From: a virus
Lineage: Duplodnaviria > Caudoviricetes
Virus record (IMG/VR): IMGVR_UViG_3300021387_000087
Reading direction: 5' to 3' (one strand)
DNA: 64,000 bases
Of the stretch, positions 52,317 through 63,378 are shown piece by piece. The notes below the pieces were generated by a model. It ran no database searches and had not been told where the DNA came from. It saw nothing but the letters and a program-made list of their open reading frames with translations. Positions within the stretch are counted from its first letter, which is position 1, and each line of letters opens with the position of its first letter. The translations under genes and the position numbers were made by a program.

Positions 52317-53315
52317 TTAGTCACGCCTGATATACGTATCCGCACACAATTCTATTAACGGCTGTTTGATCGGCTTACTTGTTGCCAGCGCCCAGCTATT
52401 AGCCCATGCCATCATCATTTGGTTCAATGATACCCCCGCCTCTTCAAGCTTGCGTGTGTCACGCTCAATCTGCCGTGCCATCCCTTCCTTAGTAAATATA
52501 ATCTTAATGCAGTCAAATATCTGAAGATTTGGGTCTGCTGACAAATGGTGTAAGCGGTATAACTGTGCCGCACACTCTTTATAAAAGCGGTCATATAGAT
52601 CAGACCTGAATATTAACTGTCCCAGATTATCCAGTCCCAGTCGATCCAACTCAGTTCGCCTCACCCCCAGTATAATATCCGCTTCATCATCACTGGCAAT
52701 TCGCGTTACCCCAAACTCTTTAATAAGGAAGCAATCTGAATAAATAATAAAAGACTGCTGCTGAAGACGAGTCAGTGCACGCCTGAATATATTATTTAAT
52801 TGTGAGTACGACTGACGGAAGAATGTCTGTATATTATATTGGATAACATCTTCAGGCGGCTTCCCAAACGGGTAGAGTGGCGTCAGATCAACCGTGGCTG
52901 GAAATTGGGCAGTTTTGTGAGAAAGTGACAGGTATTCAGGACTGACCATATTAAGCTGCTCCCACCATTTTTTACGACCCAGAACGGCTGTGTTATTTTC
53001 CTGTTGGAGAAGATAATTTAATAATAGAATTTTAATTAATTTGTCATATTTAGTACTACGCTCGTCTGGCAGAGGTTGAGCATAGATTTCAGTTATGTAA
53101 TAGAGACAGTCCTTAGGATCATAAATAAAGGACGCAAACTGAGATAGACGTCTGTTAAATGCTGTTCTGGAGTTGCCCCTTAAGTTTGATTGGTCAAATA
53201 TCCGACAGATTTCGGTAGAAGAGTAAATGGTATCCGGTGTCAGATTTTGGACAGTTTCTTGTGTAATGTTATAATCTTTCATATTTTTACTACTCCTTTC
53301 GTTTGTATTGTACAC
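52317..53315 (-). CDS. Hypothetical protein, first gene of the leftward transcript, possibly DNA-binding
   Basis: About 321-332 aa; AAAGGAG RBS before MKDYN; adjacent to the palindrome and DnaA boxes. No family recognised. Confidence 0.55.
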   Translation of the reverse strand: MYNTNERSSKNMKDYNITQETVQNLTPDTIYSSTEICRIFDQSNLRGNSRTAFNRRLSQFASFIYDPKDCLYYITEIYAQPLPDERSTKYDKLIKILLLNYLLQQENNTAVLGRKKWWEQLNMVSPEYLSLSHKTAQFPATVDLTPLYPFGKPPEDVIQYNIQTFFRQSYSQLNNIFRRALTRLQQQSFIIYSDCFLIKEFGVTRIASDDEADIILGVRRTELDRLGLDNLGQLIFRSDLYDRFYKECAAQLYRLHHLSADPNLQIFDCIKIIFTKEGMARQIERDTRKLEEAGVSLNQMMMAWANSWALATSKPIKQPLIELCADTYIRRD

Positions 53316-53361
53316 ATCTGAAGATGTATCACAAAATTATATAATTTAATTAGTGTTTTTA

Positions 53362-53487
53362 TTTGTACATTCAAAAAGTCCAATGTTTTCAGTAGGGGGT
53401 ATACAAAATTTGAATATAGGAGAGTATTTACTATATTCATTTTTCGTATACCCCCCCCTGATTTTATTGGGTTTTTTGAAGGTCAAA
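53362..53487. repeat. Long imperfect palindrome
   Basis: GGGGGTATAC..TGAATATAG / CTATATTCA..GTATACCCCC core, extended by TTCAAAAA..CCAAT..TCAG / CTGA..ATTGG..TTTTTGAA. Confidence 0.8.
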
Positions 53488-53593
53488 TTGTACTACAATT
53501 TTGGGGGTCAAAAGGGGCTGTAAAACATTGGGTAAAATGAACTAGATAATTTTAACAGAATGTACAATATGAGTCCCCTATTCCCATGATGTT

Positions 53594-53622
53594 AGTATAG
53601 CAGATATGTGTCAAGGTGTCAA
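53594..53622 (-). promoter_or_regulatory. Consensus sigma-A promoter for leftward transcription
   Basis: TTGACA-17 nt-TATACT with extended -10 TG. Confidence 0.75.
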
Positions 53623-53666
53623 GTGATAGTTAAAATATCGGCATTTGTCGGAATTAAAGATGGGGA

Positions 53667-53705
53667 TGTGGATCATGTGGATAATGTGGATAAGTATGTG
53701 GATAA
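53667..53705 (-). promoter_or_regulatory. Four tandem DnaA boxes
   Basis: TGTGGATCA (1 mismatch), then TGTGGATAA at 53676, 53685 and 53697 (reverse complement TTATCCACA). Confidence 0.75.
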
Positions 53706-54846
53706 AATTAAATAATTTATTGGGAAATGAGAAATAGAGCGTATGGGGATAAAACTGGTAGGGGGAAGGGGGTATGTAAATTGATTAGTGGTTTTGATTT
53801 TATTGTGGAATAGAGGTGGAATGGAATCGGTGGTGTGTGGATGAAGGACATTCCCCTGGGATCCAGTCCTGGAGCGGGTTAGCGGTTACAAATACCCCCC
53901 TTTAAAACTCGTGTAAATTATGATTTAAGTTAGGTTAGAAATATGGTGTAATAATAGTGTAAAAAGAATTTTCGCACGAAAAAGGCACGCGGTTCGTGCA
54001 CGTGCGAAAAAACGTTTTGCGGACTGCATGCCCTGCATGCACTCCAAACACATTGAACACAACCCTAACGCGTGCGCTTGTTACGAGAACGCAAGCGCAG
54101 TAGCCATAGACAAGCCTAACACGCTTGTTAAATATTCATTGCTATAGGAATGAACGCGTTATATAGGGACTACAATTGAAACACGGCAGGCAGTAGCCGT
54201 AAAAGGACTATTGAAACAAGCGCATAGAATCACGTGATAGTAACGCGCATGATAGATAGAACCGTTCAATCCATACTGCGCAGGCATGCAATGCAAGACA
54301 GTTACTTTACTAACGCGGTTGATGCATCCATTTTTCCGAACGCAAAACCGCCAACTCACGCGCAGGTTAGACGCGCAGTCCATAAACGGCTACAGCCATA
54401 CGACAGTGGGAATAGCACTGTAAAGCCCTATCTCGACAGGGCGGTTTACACGTTCGAGACTTCATAATTTATTCGCTTATGTTATACGGCAGAAACACTG
54501 CCTATGCATACGCAGGATAGCTGATTTAAAACATAGTGACTTGTAACACGGTAAAACGTGTGCGGACGGTAAAACGTCCTAACTATAATTTTAGATTTTG
54601 CCCTGCGATTAAGGAATAAGCGCGTACACGGTATGATTGTATTCTGTGCAGACTCATTAACCTATAGCCATACGGCAGGATACAAACATACGCGTTAAAC
54701 GTGAACACTTAATAGTACGAAGTACATGTTAAAAGTATCATGTATGTATTGAATAGTAGTTATTCAATCTGTACATGATACTTTTAAAGTATCTGAAAAA
54801 CTATCATTATTTTATTTTTAGCGCACTGCGCAGGAAGGAAGGTATC

Positions 54847-55509
54847 ATGGGTATCAAAAAGAACATTGTCAAGGCTATGGCTACTACTAATTTTAATGCT
54901 ACACTTTTCACTTATGCGGAAAATATCGAAACTATCCGCACTAATGCGTCTATCGAATTGGATATTCTCGCACAGTGGGACGCGGATCACAACTATGCAG
55001 ATACTGTGCGTGCAGGTCTGAAAAAGCACGCAACCATTGAGCAGAAAAAGCGTGCAGAAGATATCAAAATTGCACGTGCAGAATATCGTGAGTCCCTGCC
55101 GTATGCGGATATTATCCGCGGACTGAACGCGGACTGTGCAAAAGCGGTTACTGCACTGTGTGGCGCGAAAAAGTCTGCACGCTATGCACTTGTTGAAACT
55201 GCATACAATGAGTATGTCAAGACGGCAGGCAGTTTTTCCGCAACACATAATAGCTTCGAGACAGCACTCGGAAACATCCTGCTTAATGCGGACGGTCTTA
55301 ATCTGCGCACTGACGCAAAAACTGCACGTAATATGGCAGGCAGGCTTGCTAACATGTTCGGCGTTTCCTGCGCGTCTACTACTGCACTCGGAAAAGGTAC
55401 GGACGTTTCCGGTCTGTCTGTGCTTACGCTTGCACAGTTTAGAAAACTGCTTGTGCGCGGTCTGTCTGCGCTTGCTGTTTCTGGTACTGTTGATATTTCT
55501 GCACAGTAA
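54847..55509 (+). CDS. Hypothetical Ala-rich protein, first rightward gene
   Basis: AGGAAGGAAGG RBS before MGIKKN; followed by a terminator-like hairpin. Confidence 0.7.
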   Translation: MGIKKNIVKAMATTNFNATLFTYAENIETIRTNASIELDILAQWDADHNYADTVRAGLKKHATIEQKKRAEDIKIARAEYRESLPYADIIRGLNADCAKAVTALCGAKKSARYALVETAYNEYVKTAGSFSATHNSFETALGNILLNADGLNLRTDAKTARNMAGRLANMFGVSCASTTALGKGTDVSGLSVLTLAQFRKLLVRGLSALAVSGTVDISAQ

Positions 55510-55544
55510 AATACTGACACGCACAAATTAATTGCGGGCAAATT

Positions 55545-55586
55545 AAAACCCACGAACCACGCGCAAAGTGTAGTTCGTGGGTTTTT
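55545..55586 (+). terminator. Terminator-like hairpin
   Basis: AAAACCCACGAAC...GTTCGTGGGTTTTT. Confidence 0.65.
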
Positions 55587-56526
55587 GTATGTTCACAATT
55601 AACCACAATAACTTTAAGGAAGGAAGGTATAAACTATGTTACACGAACTTGAAAACATGACATTATGCGAGTATAGGATCAACGCTATGGATGTCTTGCG
55701 CGATTATAAGCCCTATGTGCCCGCGCCCGTCTGGGAGTCCGCATATATGGACATTATCATGGCTTTTGATGAGTCTACTATCACACGCGCCCTGACTACA
55801 TGCCGTAATGCACTTTGATTGATACCCGCGCCCGCTACGAGTTAACAATCTCATTTTAAGGAAGGAATGTATTATGTTTAATTTTTTTGATTGTGTTCGA
55901 TATCCCATTATGTCAGGCAGGATCATTCTGTCTGGAGACAATGTAGCAGAGTATCTCCGTCTGGAAATTCGCAATTTCCAGTGGGGCATTTAATAAAGGG
56001 GGGATCCATATGTCTATTTCTAAAAGCACTTGTGAGTCCGCGATTGCACGCACTATCCGCGCACTTAGTCCGCTTTGCGGAAAGACGTTTTCTGTCAAAG
56101 ATACGAGTGATCCGTTTTATGGGGTCTATGAGTATACCATTACAGCCACGGGCAAGGACATGTCCGCGCATGTTTTGCCCTACCTGTCAGACATGCGAAT
56201 GTTTGACTACGATGAGGATTATTGGACAAAAAAGTTCGGTGAGTCCGTGCCTCATCTTAAACCACGCAAGAAGTATGTGATTCAGATTCACGATACGTTC
56301 TGCTATCGCTTTAAACAGGGTATGGTAGTAGACGGTTATCTTCTCTAAAAATGTCCGCACTATCGGACTCCGTCCGTCCATTTGGTGTATGCTTTATGGT
56401 CTGGCGTGATAGCGGTTCGACTCCGTAAAGTGCAATCGCGCACATTGTGCGCAATATCCGTTTAATGTGAGCACACTGTTTTGGCGTGCTTTTTTAGTGC
56501 CCGAAAATTCGGGGAAAGGAGTAAAC

Positions 56527-57165
56527 ATGTCATTCGAATTTGGTCAGGATGTAGTATTCACAGAGTTAATGCTTTATGCTCCCATGGATATTTTAGAGCA
56601 GATTGCAGAAGCACAGAGGGAGTCTATCCTTGCGGACATGCAGGAAGAAGACGCCGAGATTTTCGGGGAGTCTGTCCCTGTCCACACTGGACGCAAGCTG
56701 TCCCGCAAACAGCGCCGTGCTGCCCGCCGTGTTCAGAACGCACGACACAAACAGTCTGACCGCAAGCACGGCAAGCGCCACGGGGACAAATATCTGGAAT
56801 CCCTGTCCCGCAAGAAGTATCTGGAAGCGGATAACTATGATCATCCGACTTTCAGAGTGGAAAAGGGCAAGCTGCGCCCTATTAAAGACGTGAAGCGTGC
56901 ACGGGAAACGGCAAAAGCTCATGATGCATTGGATATTTCCCGTGTGGAACGTCTGACCGCTTCTGTGCTTGCCCACATGTCGAATCACGTTTTCATGTGG
57001 GATGAACAGATTGTCTGGGATCTGACGGAAGCCCTGTGTGAAGAATACAGACAGGTGTTTCCTGACGATTCTTATATTTGCGTTTATGGAAAGCATGTAT
57101 ACCTGTACATGCAGTACATGGACGGAAGCATTATGGTGGATGAACGGCGCTATACCCTGCGATAA
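56527..57165 (+). CDS. Hypothetical protein with acidic N-terminus and basic middle
   Basis: AAAGGAG RBS before MSFEFG. Confidence 0.6.
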   Translation: MSFEFGQDVVFTELMLYAPMDILEQIAEAQRESILADMQEEDAEIFGESVPVHTGRKLSRKQRRAARRVQNARHKQSDRKHGKRHGDKYLESLSRKKYLEADNYDHPTFRVEKGKLRPIKDVKRARETAKAHDALDISRVERLTASVLAHMSNHVFMWDEQIVWDLTEALCEEYRQVFPDDSYICVYGKHVYLYMQYMDGSIMVDERRYTLR

Positions 57166-59234
57166 CGTTTGATCCATCATAGCCGACACACAAACAGACG
57201 TAAACAGAAATTGTTTGTGTGTCGTAATGTAGGATTAAACACACTCAAAAAGGAAAGGGGATTACCATGTTTAAGTTTTTTGAAGTATCAAGCATCAATG
57301 AAACAGAAGCTCGTTTTCTGGTTCATGTCCCGCATAAATCTGTCCCTGCAACGGAAACAGAAGTGTTTTTCTGTGGTCATCTCCTGCGCAGATACGGAAA
57401 TGACTGGGAAATTGATGGAGAATATTCCCTCTGTACTCCAGACGGGCAGGAGTGTTTTGAGGTTCATTTGGATAAAGAAAAGGAAACATATGAGATTGAC
57501 TTCTTCAGTTTCCATAAATAATCCACTGTTTCTACAGCCATAGACGTTGTACGAAGTCTAAAAGGCAAACGGACTTCGTACAACGGAATGGAAGTATAAA
57601 CACGTCACACAAAAGAAAGGAGATTACCATGTATCATTACGGATACGAGTCTGAACCGAAAATGATTCAGGCAATCGCACATATAGTGCGCACGAAAGGA
57701 TGTGTCGTAGAACACATGTTAGAGTGTGGCAAGGGAGTCATGTCTCTGAACGGATTCCGTGTGGAGACGTTTTACAACAAGGAAATGGGATTCTATTTCC
57801 TGTGCGACTAAGTGAAAGGAGCAACGCAAATGAAAAGAACAAAACAGGCACAGGCAATCGTGAATTCCGTTAATGAGTATCTGCGAAACAACCACGTCAA
57901 AACGGAAAGCGATCCTGTGTTCGTGGTCATGTCACACGCCCTGATTGAAGCGAAGTGCTATCAGGGGTTCAACTATTTCACTACTGACGGAAGACTGTCT
58001 GGTGGTGAGAATGAGAAGTTCGACCACTTGAGATTTTATTAAAAGGAGTACGCATGAAAAAGGCAAACGAAGAACATCCCGTTCACATTGTCTTATGTGA
58101 CCATTCAAAGAATGCACGCAAGGTAAGCATGTTCGCACAGAAAACAGAAAAATATGCCCCGACTCCTGTTTTCAAAAACGGAAACATCGGAGAGTTTCAA
58201 GGATATATCTTTGTTCCTGAATATGCAGTTTGTCATGGCACATGGAATGAAAGGAGATCATTATGGCAAACAAAAATGTAGAAGTAACCCGTATTCGCTA
58301 CGGTATTCACAGTATCGTTAAAGTAACCTGCAAGGGATACAAAGACGAAACTGTATATCAGGGTGCGTATCTCGTAACTATCCTGACTGTAGATAATCCC
58401 GAAAGCGAAATCATTCAGCAGATTCTGGATGATATTAAGGGAATCAAAGGGATTGACGGAAAGCCCCGCATCAATACTGTCACAATGTATACGGAAGACG
58501 ATTATGGCGAACGCCATATCTTCTTTGACATGGATGATTGCGAGTCTGTAATTTTTGGAAAGGAAGGTGAGAATAAATGACCAGAGAAGAGAAAATAATT
58601 CAGGCAAACCGTGACTATGAGGAAGCTAAACAGCTTCTCAATGTCCAGTATGCTGAAAAATTTGGGGAACTTCCCGTATCTGAATGCGGGGAAGTATACG
58701 CAAAAGATGTTCTCGCCCTGAATGAATGGGCTGAGAACGAAAGCAAACGAATATTAAATGAGTGGGCTAATAAAGTAGTCCACGCCTAAAGGAAAGGAGA
58801 TACCATGTCCACAAAGGAAATCCGCAACGCAACCATTAACGAATACCGCTGGCTGTACAGAATCGCCGTGAATAATGGAGACTGGTTCATGGCTGAGTAT
58901 TATGACAGCCTGATCGAAGAACTTGGAGAGGAGAAAGAGAAATGATTATCATGTATGAAATCTATTACAAATTTCCGGGAGATAATTTCAAAGAAACCCA
59001 CTATCACAGTCGTGTATTGTACAGGGAAACGGCTGTTTTTATATGCGACAAATTGAAAGCTGAGGGTAAAAAGCCTTGGTTCCAGTTAGTGAAAGTCGAG
59101 TTCTAATCAGATTCCACGCACACAATCCACAAGAGAACGTAGAATGGATTGTGTGCGTCAATGTGAAGAGAACTCTTCACAAGAGAAAATTATTTAATTT
59201 AGTTTAAGGGCATAACCCCAGAAAGGAAAACACT

Positions 59235-60446
59235 ATGGCAAACTTTGGAAACATCATCAATCTCAGCAGCAACAACGCAAACGCAAATGTAGAAAGAGTA
59301 GAGGGAGAAGTTATGAGCACACCGATCATCATGGGCAACGCAAATGTATTTCAGGCACCTATGAGTAAACCTGTAACCATTCCGACAATTATTGTTCCTG
59401 AAGACAAACAGCTTGAAGCAAAAATGCTTCTGGAGCAGTTGAAGCAAGACTGGCAGACCGCAAGGCAAACAAGCGGTATGTACGGAATGTACAGAGACCG
59501 CACGATTCTGACAACACATTGGGATTGGGAGAACAGAAGAGATGTCACTCTTGTTGGTGCACCTGTTCCTGAGGGCATGAAAGATCTGGATATGGTACGT
59601 AAGTTGTGCGACCATGATTGGGACGTAGAAGAGAATCCTATCTCTGATAATTACGGAGAACTCGCAGGATTCAAGTCCATTCGCAGATCTGACCATATCA
59701 AAGGAAAAGACGGACGTGGTCTTCTTCATGTTGCCAACGGAAAGTACACCTGCGTAACAAATGAAACCTTTTATAAGTTCGCTCAGGAACTGATCAACTT
59801 CGGTTTTAATTGCAGAAATGGCGGCACGTTCAATGACGGACAGATGCTGTTTCTCAGCATGAAGGCAGATGGATATCAGATTTGCGGTGAACCATTCGAG
59901 AACTATGCAGTGCTGTCCAACTCCAACAACGGAATGAAACCATTTGCACTGTATTATACAGATGTCCGTATCATCTGCCTGAACACTTATATGTGCGCAA
60001 CACAGGCAAAAAACGCTGTATTCAGTGTGCGTCATACCGCCAACGCAGATTGGTATATTGAAGCCGCTGTTGAAGCAATGAGGGTGCAGAATGATCATAA
60101 ACTGGAGTTCAAGCGAAACATGGAAGCGTTGGCAATGAAGCCTGTGCAGGATGCGGATGTTTGGGAAATGGCAAAGGCAGCTTTCCCCATCAAAAAGGGA
60201 GATGAAAATAAGGTGCGTGCTCTCAAATCTACTATGGACGCACGAAATGAATTCATGTTCCGCTATATGGAAGCACCCGACCTTGCAGAACATCATGGAA
60301 CTGCTTATGGGGCACTTGGTGCGGCTACCGATTATGCCGACCATAGGGAAAGGAAAGCTACAAAGAACAGCGAAAGCAATCAGTTCAGGGATATGCTCGG
60401 ACGTCCTACATTCGGAGCATGGGCATATGACTATCTGACCCGCTGA
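59235..60446 (+). CDS. DUF932-family protein
   Basis: GGTFNDG, LSNSNNG, VRIICLNT, VRHT, GTAYGALGAATDYADH. Confidence 0.78.
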   Translation: MANFGNIINLSSNNANANVERVEGEVMSTPIIMGNANVFQAPMSKPVTIPTIIVPEDKQLEAKMLLEQLKQDWQTARQTSGMYGMYRDRTILTTHWDWENRRDVTLVGAPVPEGMKDLDMVRKLCDHDWDVEENPISDNYGELAGFKSIRRSDHIKGKDGRGLLHVANGKYTCVTNETFYKFAQELINFGFNCRNGGTFNDGQMLFLSMKADGYQICGEPFENYAVLSNSNNGMKPFALYYTDVRIICLNTYMCATQAKNAVFSVRHTANADWYIEAAVEAMRVQNDHKLEFKRNMEALAMKPVQDADVWEMAKAAFPIKKGDENKVRALKSTMDARNEFMFRYMEAPDLAEHHGTAYGALGAATDYADHRERKATKNSESNQFRDMLGRPTFGAWAYDYLTR

Positions 60447-60576
60447 CGCAAACCAATGTCCACTATTATTAACCAATATCCACGTTGTGTTAATAATAGT
60501 GGACATTAATTAAAACTAAATAAAGCAAAACAAAAATTAAAATAAACTTTTTAAAAGAGAAAGAGAGGATTTCATT

Positions 60577-61533
60577 ATGATGTTCAATTCCACAAACAAC
60601 GCAACCGTTCTTGACATGACCGCTATTCTTTTCAACACAGTTATGACCAATGTCCAGAAAATCGGAGAGGATTCTTTTATAGCATCTATCCCGATGGCAC
60701 TTCTGGATTATGATTCTGCTTATCAGAGACAGGCAAACCCCAACAGAATCAAAAAACTGTCTGATGGATGGAAGAAAGGTCTGTGTGGTATGCCGCAGGT
60801 ATCCCCTCACACTGAGGAAAATAAATTCTATGTATATAATGGAGCACATAGAATTCATGTTCTTGCAAATCAGGGAAAAGATTCTGTTGTCTGTGAAGTT
60901 AATATGGACTTCATTAACATGTCCCCTGAAGAGAGACAGAAAGCAGAAGCAGAATTATTTGCGGCACAGTACGATTGTGTTGATCGTCTGACATCTGTAC
61001 AGAAGCACAGAGTTAATGTTCTTCTTGGTGTACCCGCAAATGTATATGTACATAATCTGTGCCTGAAATACAATATCCACGATGGTACAGATGAATTAGA
61101 AGAACAGAGAACTGGTGCCCGTTCTAAAGCGGCAAATACACTGACGGGATTATGGGCAGCGATTGCTATCGCCCAGAAAAAGAGAAATCATTTAGACGAT
61201 GTATTCAAAACAATTTGTTCTTGTGGATGGAATGAGGGATACGATGGTTTTAAAGCCTGTGTTATTCAGGCATTGGAAACCGTTTTTGTGAATCATCCCG
61301 ACAGAAAACATGAAATTATGAAAGCTATGCATGATTGGATTAGGCAGAACGGAGATGATAAGCCGGGTATTCCTGAAAAGGTAATTGAAGCTGGAGCTAC
61401 AGAAAAATATAATGGGTGGTCAACAAAATCCGCACAAATGGCATTGTATATTGAAGATTATTTACACACAGCAATCGATTTGCCTTATACCTATACTGGT
61501 AGAACAGAATTAAATCTCGTGAAAGGAGCATAA
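60577..61533 (+). CDS. ParB/Srx-like N-terminal domain protein (DUF6551-like)
   Basis: YQR and YNGAHR motifs, EAELF. Confidence 0.6.
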   Translation: MMFNSTNNATVLDMTAILFNTVMTNVQKIGEDSFIASIPMALLDYDSAYQRQANPNRIKKLSDGWKKGLCGMPQVSPHTEENKFYVYNGAHRIHVLANQGKDSVVCEVNMDFINMSPEERQKAEAELFAAQYDCVDRLTSVQKHRVNVLLGVPANVYVHNLCLKYNIHDGTDELEEQRTGARSKAANTLTGLWAAIAIAQKKRNHLDDVFKTICSCGWNEGYDGFKACVIQALETVFVNHPDRKHEIMKAMHDWIRQNGDDKPGIPEKVIEAGATEKYNGWSTKSAQMALYIEDYLHTAIDLPYTYTGRTELNLVKGA

Positions 61534-61701
61534 TATGAAAGAGATAATTAAACACATTGCAACGGAACTTGACTACAGAAACGAATTCACCACAAAGGAA
61601 TTCGTTCTGTATTCAATTCTCACTACAGTATGTCTGGTGATTGCTTGCTGTGGTGAGACTATTGTTAACATGATGTAATTAAAAGCGAAAGGAGATTTAT
61701 C

Positions 61702-62157
61702 ATGACCAACGCAAACACAATCGCAGTTTTTGACGCAACTATTTTCACACACCTTGCCGATCATCTGAACGAGGGAAGACAGAATCCCGTAGTCATAACC
61801 ATGAGGGAAATCATGGCGGCACTTATGGGCGAAGAACTTCTGGAAGATATTCCAGACGAGCCTATTCAGGTTATCGTCACTAATGAGGCAAACAGATTCG
61901 GTGCAGTCAATATCTATAACGAAGACTGCATCAGACAGGTGCAGGAAAAGTTGCACGCAAATAACTTCTATGTTCTGCCCAGCAGTAAGCACGAAGTTAT
62001 TTGTATCCCTACTGAGGGAATTGAAATTAATGATCTGCTAACTATGGTAACAGAAATCAATCAGACGCAGGTTAGGGAAGAAAATCGTTTGGGCGATTTC
62101 GTCCTGTATTATGACGGAGACACAAGACAGCTTGTTAAAGTAGCTGAGAATATTTAA
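61702..62157 (+). CDS. DUF5688-like protein (C-terminal portion)
   Basis: VTN...FGA, FYVLPSSKHEVI, MVTEIN, VLYYD. Confidence 0.7.
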   Translation: MTNANTIAVFDATIFTHLADHLNEGRQNPVVITMREIMAALMGEELLEDIPDEPIQVIVTNEANRFGAVNIYNEDCIRQVQEKLHANNFYVLPSSKHEVICIPTEGIEINDLLTMVTEINQTQVREENRLGDFVLYYDGDTRQLVKVAENI

Positions 62158-62875
62158 TCCCAGATAAAGCGCACAACAACAGAAAGGAAGTATGTTGTGC
62201 GCTTCAATGTAGGATTAAATTATTTTAAAAAAGAAAGGAGCAACAAAATGACAGCAGACAATTTAATCAAAGCGTGTGCAAGTCCTGTCGATATTCTCAT
62301 CGTAGAGTTTGAAAACGGAACAAGTGAAGAGTACGATCTCTGGAATACAGAGGAATGTACAAAATCTATGCAGTATCAATATAAAAAAATCGATGCATTT
62401 GACATGTATGACACCGATCAGGGAAAAACTTTACAGGTCTGGCTTTAAAGAAAGGAGATAATTAAATGGGAGCAATCATCAGAACGCCTGACGGAAAGCA
62501 GTCCGCATACATCACACTGTCCGATGCCGTGGCAAAGGCAAAGGAACTTTGCGGAGACGAACTTGTTGATTTCATTCTGGAAGAGACAAGCGAAGCAGGA
62601 TACAACGAAGATGCAAAAGCACTGTCTCCTGTAATGCCATTGATTGAGGCAGCTTGTTTCTGGGATTCAATCCCGACAGGTGACGAACCGAGTGAAGCAG
62701 ATAAGGAATACAGCATTGCTGAAGGATATCAGTCAATGCTTATTGAAATCCGTGACATCATTGATGAACGGATTATGCCTCTGATTGAGGGAAGATTAAA
62801 CAGACAAAAATTAAGCGAAGCTGTTTCAGACATCCGTAAGATCTCTGTCAACTGGTAAAAGAAAGAGAGGTAAAC

Positions 62876-63358
62876 ATGAAAGTATATAAATACAATTCCG
62901 TCCTGAACGAAAACAGAATTCCTGTTATGGTTCAGGATAAAACAGTTTCCTACAAGGTAGACAATCGTAGGAAATTTGAATGCACATCAGATATGTATAA
63001 TCTTGGTCGTGCGTTAAATCTGCACAATATGCCTGACGAATATGTATATTGTGCATGCTTTGATTGCCGCATGCATCTAATTGGCTTCTTTGAAGTCAGC
63101 CACGGAAGCGCACTGTGTAGCTTGGTTGACAAGAGAAGCGTGTTTCAGAAAGCACTTCTTTTGAATGCGGTATATATCTGTTTAATGCACAATCATCCAT
63201 CAGGTGATGTTGACCCGTCAAGGGAAGACATTGAGATTACAAAAGTAATTAAAGCAGCCGGGGATATGATTGGCGTTGGTCTGATCGATCATATAATTGT
63301 AGGTGATGGCTATTATTGCTCTATGAGAGAAAACGGAAGCACGAATGATATTTTTTAA
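62876..63358 (+). CDS. RadC-like JAB domain protein
   Basis: E...HNHPSGDVDPSRED...LIDHIIVG. Confidence 0.88.
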   Translation: MKVYKYNSVLNENRIPVMVQDKTVSYKVDNRRKFECTSDMYNLGRALNLHNMPDEYVYCACFDCRMHLIGFFEVSHGSALCSLVDKRSVFQKALLLNAVYICLMHNHPSGDVDPSREDIEITKVIKAAGDMIGVGLIDHIIVGDGYYCSMRENGSTNDIF

Positions 63359-63378
63359 GAAAGGAAGAGGTAATTAAA

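Noticed and set aside
54159-54467. Short ORFs in the hairpin-rich region
   Set aside because: No convincing RBS or recognisable motif; they overlap each other on opposite strands.
57184-62204. Second CRISPR array or REP-type repeats
   Set aside because: Stem sequences differ and spacing is irregular, one per intergenic gap.
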